Part shown: positions 63,345-64,000 of the stretch, piece by piece | How the letters are laid out: each line of letters opens with the position of its first letter | How positions within the stretch are numbered: the first letter of the stretch is position 1 | NCBI GenBank assembly: GCA_021801645.1 | Contig: JAJYXT010000051.1 | Span: forward strand, 1,451-65,450 | DNA from: a bacterium | Lineage (GTDB): Bacteria; Chloroflexota; Dormibacteria; Aeolococcales; Bog-877 | Reading direction: 5' to 3' | Length of the DNA: 64,000 bases | Program-made: the position numbers and the translations under genes | The notes under the pieces: model-generated | Databases searched by the model: none | Told to the model about the DNA's origin: nothing | What the model saw: only the letters and a program-made list of their open reading frames with translations

Positions 63345-63987
63345 GCCCGAGCCAGTCCAGGACCACCGCGGTGCGGTCGTCCCACTTGCGCCCCACCTCC
63401 ACCAGCGCCTCGGCGGCCATCTGAGCTGAGGACGGCGAGAGAGCCCCGGCCAGCTCCTCCGCACTCAGAACGTCCGGGGAAAAGTCCCCGGTGACGCCGT
63501 CAGTCACCAGAGCCATCCGGTCCCCGGCTTGCAGGTCCAGCCGTCCGCGCTGACGGGTCAGAAGGCCGTCAGGCTCGGGAAACCCGAGGGCCGAGTCGAG
63601 CAGATTCCCCTCGCCCTGGTCCCGGCTCACCTGCACCAGCTCCCGGCCGCGGAGCAGGTAGAGGCGGGAGTCGCCGACCGATAGCCACCAGCCGGCCTCG
63701 CCCACCACCCAGACGGCCGTCACGGTGGTCGCCCCGAGCCCGAGGGCGGCGATCCTGGAGCCGACCGCCTCCACCGCCCGGGCCAGCCGCTCCAGCGGTT
63801 CCCCGGGCAGCCGGCGGCACAGATGGGGCAGCTCCCGAGCGGCGAACTCCGCGGCGCGTTCGCTGCCCTCCACCCCGCCGACGCCGTCGAAGACGGCGAA
63901 CAGCCCAAGTTCCGGGTCCACCAGGAACCGGTCCTGCCCGTGAATCCGGAGCTCAGAGGTGCCCACCGCGACCCTGACGCCCGCCAC
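63253..63987 (-). CDS. PP2C-family Ser/Thr protein phosphatase
   Basis: FAVFDGVGGVEGSERAA, TTVTAV, GDSRLYLL and LVTDGV are PP2C motifs. The frame stays open to the window edge, so the start may lie upstream. The 3' end overlaps the ATP-grasp gene by 92 nt. Confidence 0.75.
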   Translation of the reverse strand: MAGVRVAVGTSELRIHGQDRFLVDPELGLFAVFDGVGGVEGSERAAEFAARELPHLCRRLPGEPLERLARAVEAVGSRIAALGLGATTVTAVWVVGEAGWWLSVGDSRLYLLRGRELVQVSRDQGEGNLLDSALGFPEPDGLLTRQRGRLDLQAGDRMALVTDGVTGDFSPDVLSAEELAGALSPSSAQMAAEALVEVGRKWDDRTAVVLDWLGPTGAQAPAPAPRAGPGRRPSDEAGDRRRPR

Positions 63988-64000
63988 TTGGCGGCGATCG

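Noticed and set aside
1-64000. A search by eye for CRISPR arrays, transposases or integrases, prophage genes, rRNA, and long inverted or direct repeats marking mobile elements.
   Set aside because: I found none. The only repeats seen are the in-gene 18-nt array (41884-42009) and short operator-like repeats. A computational repeat or IS scan would be needed to be certain.

Overview
The window is a very GC-rich (about 70% by eye, not computed), gene-dense bacterial chromosomal segment with about 70 credible CDS and almost no non-coding DNA. I found no rRNA, tRNA, CRISPR array, transposase or integrase by reading. Family content suggests an Actinomycetota- or Chloroflexota-like organism, but I cannot assign taxonomy: Ddn-like and LLM-type F420 enzymes, a DinB/mycothiol-type isomerase domain, several AhpD/CMD proteins and a leaderless-looking start. 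Most of the window is metabolic housekeeping. This includes an acyl-CoA lyase/CoA-transferase cluster with an IclR regulator, and an Lrp-controlled GS-like/GATase module. It also includes a cupin-SDR-IlvE-CMD-amidohydrolase operon, thrB-thrC, ctaB next to a Sco-TlpA fusion, trxA-osmC, transporters, and an OmpR-type two-component system. The region most worth a second look is 54.3-63.3 kb. There, a tightly coupled five-gene operon (ChlI-like AAA+ ATPase, VWA protein, unknown protein, cytoplasmic SH3b-NlpC/P60 peptidase, divergent MurD-like ligase) runs into a 55-aa LysW-like zinc-ribbon carrier protein on the opposite strand. The carrier has a non-canonical C-terminus (DEEK) and is followed by a translationally coupled fold-type-II PLP enzyme and ATP-grasp ligase, with none of the canonical lysXZYJK partners in the window. 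I read this as a candidate undescribed carrier-protein or peptide-ligation system, possibly linked to murein-peptide chemistry. All functional calls rest on motifs and remembered family signatures; no searches were run. Many long alternate-frame or antisense ORFs in the track are GC-driven shadows and were rejected, and several track ORFs were trimmed to internal starts.
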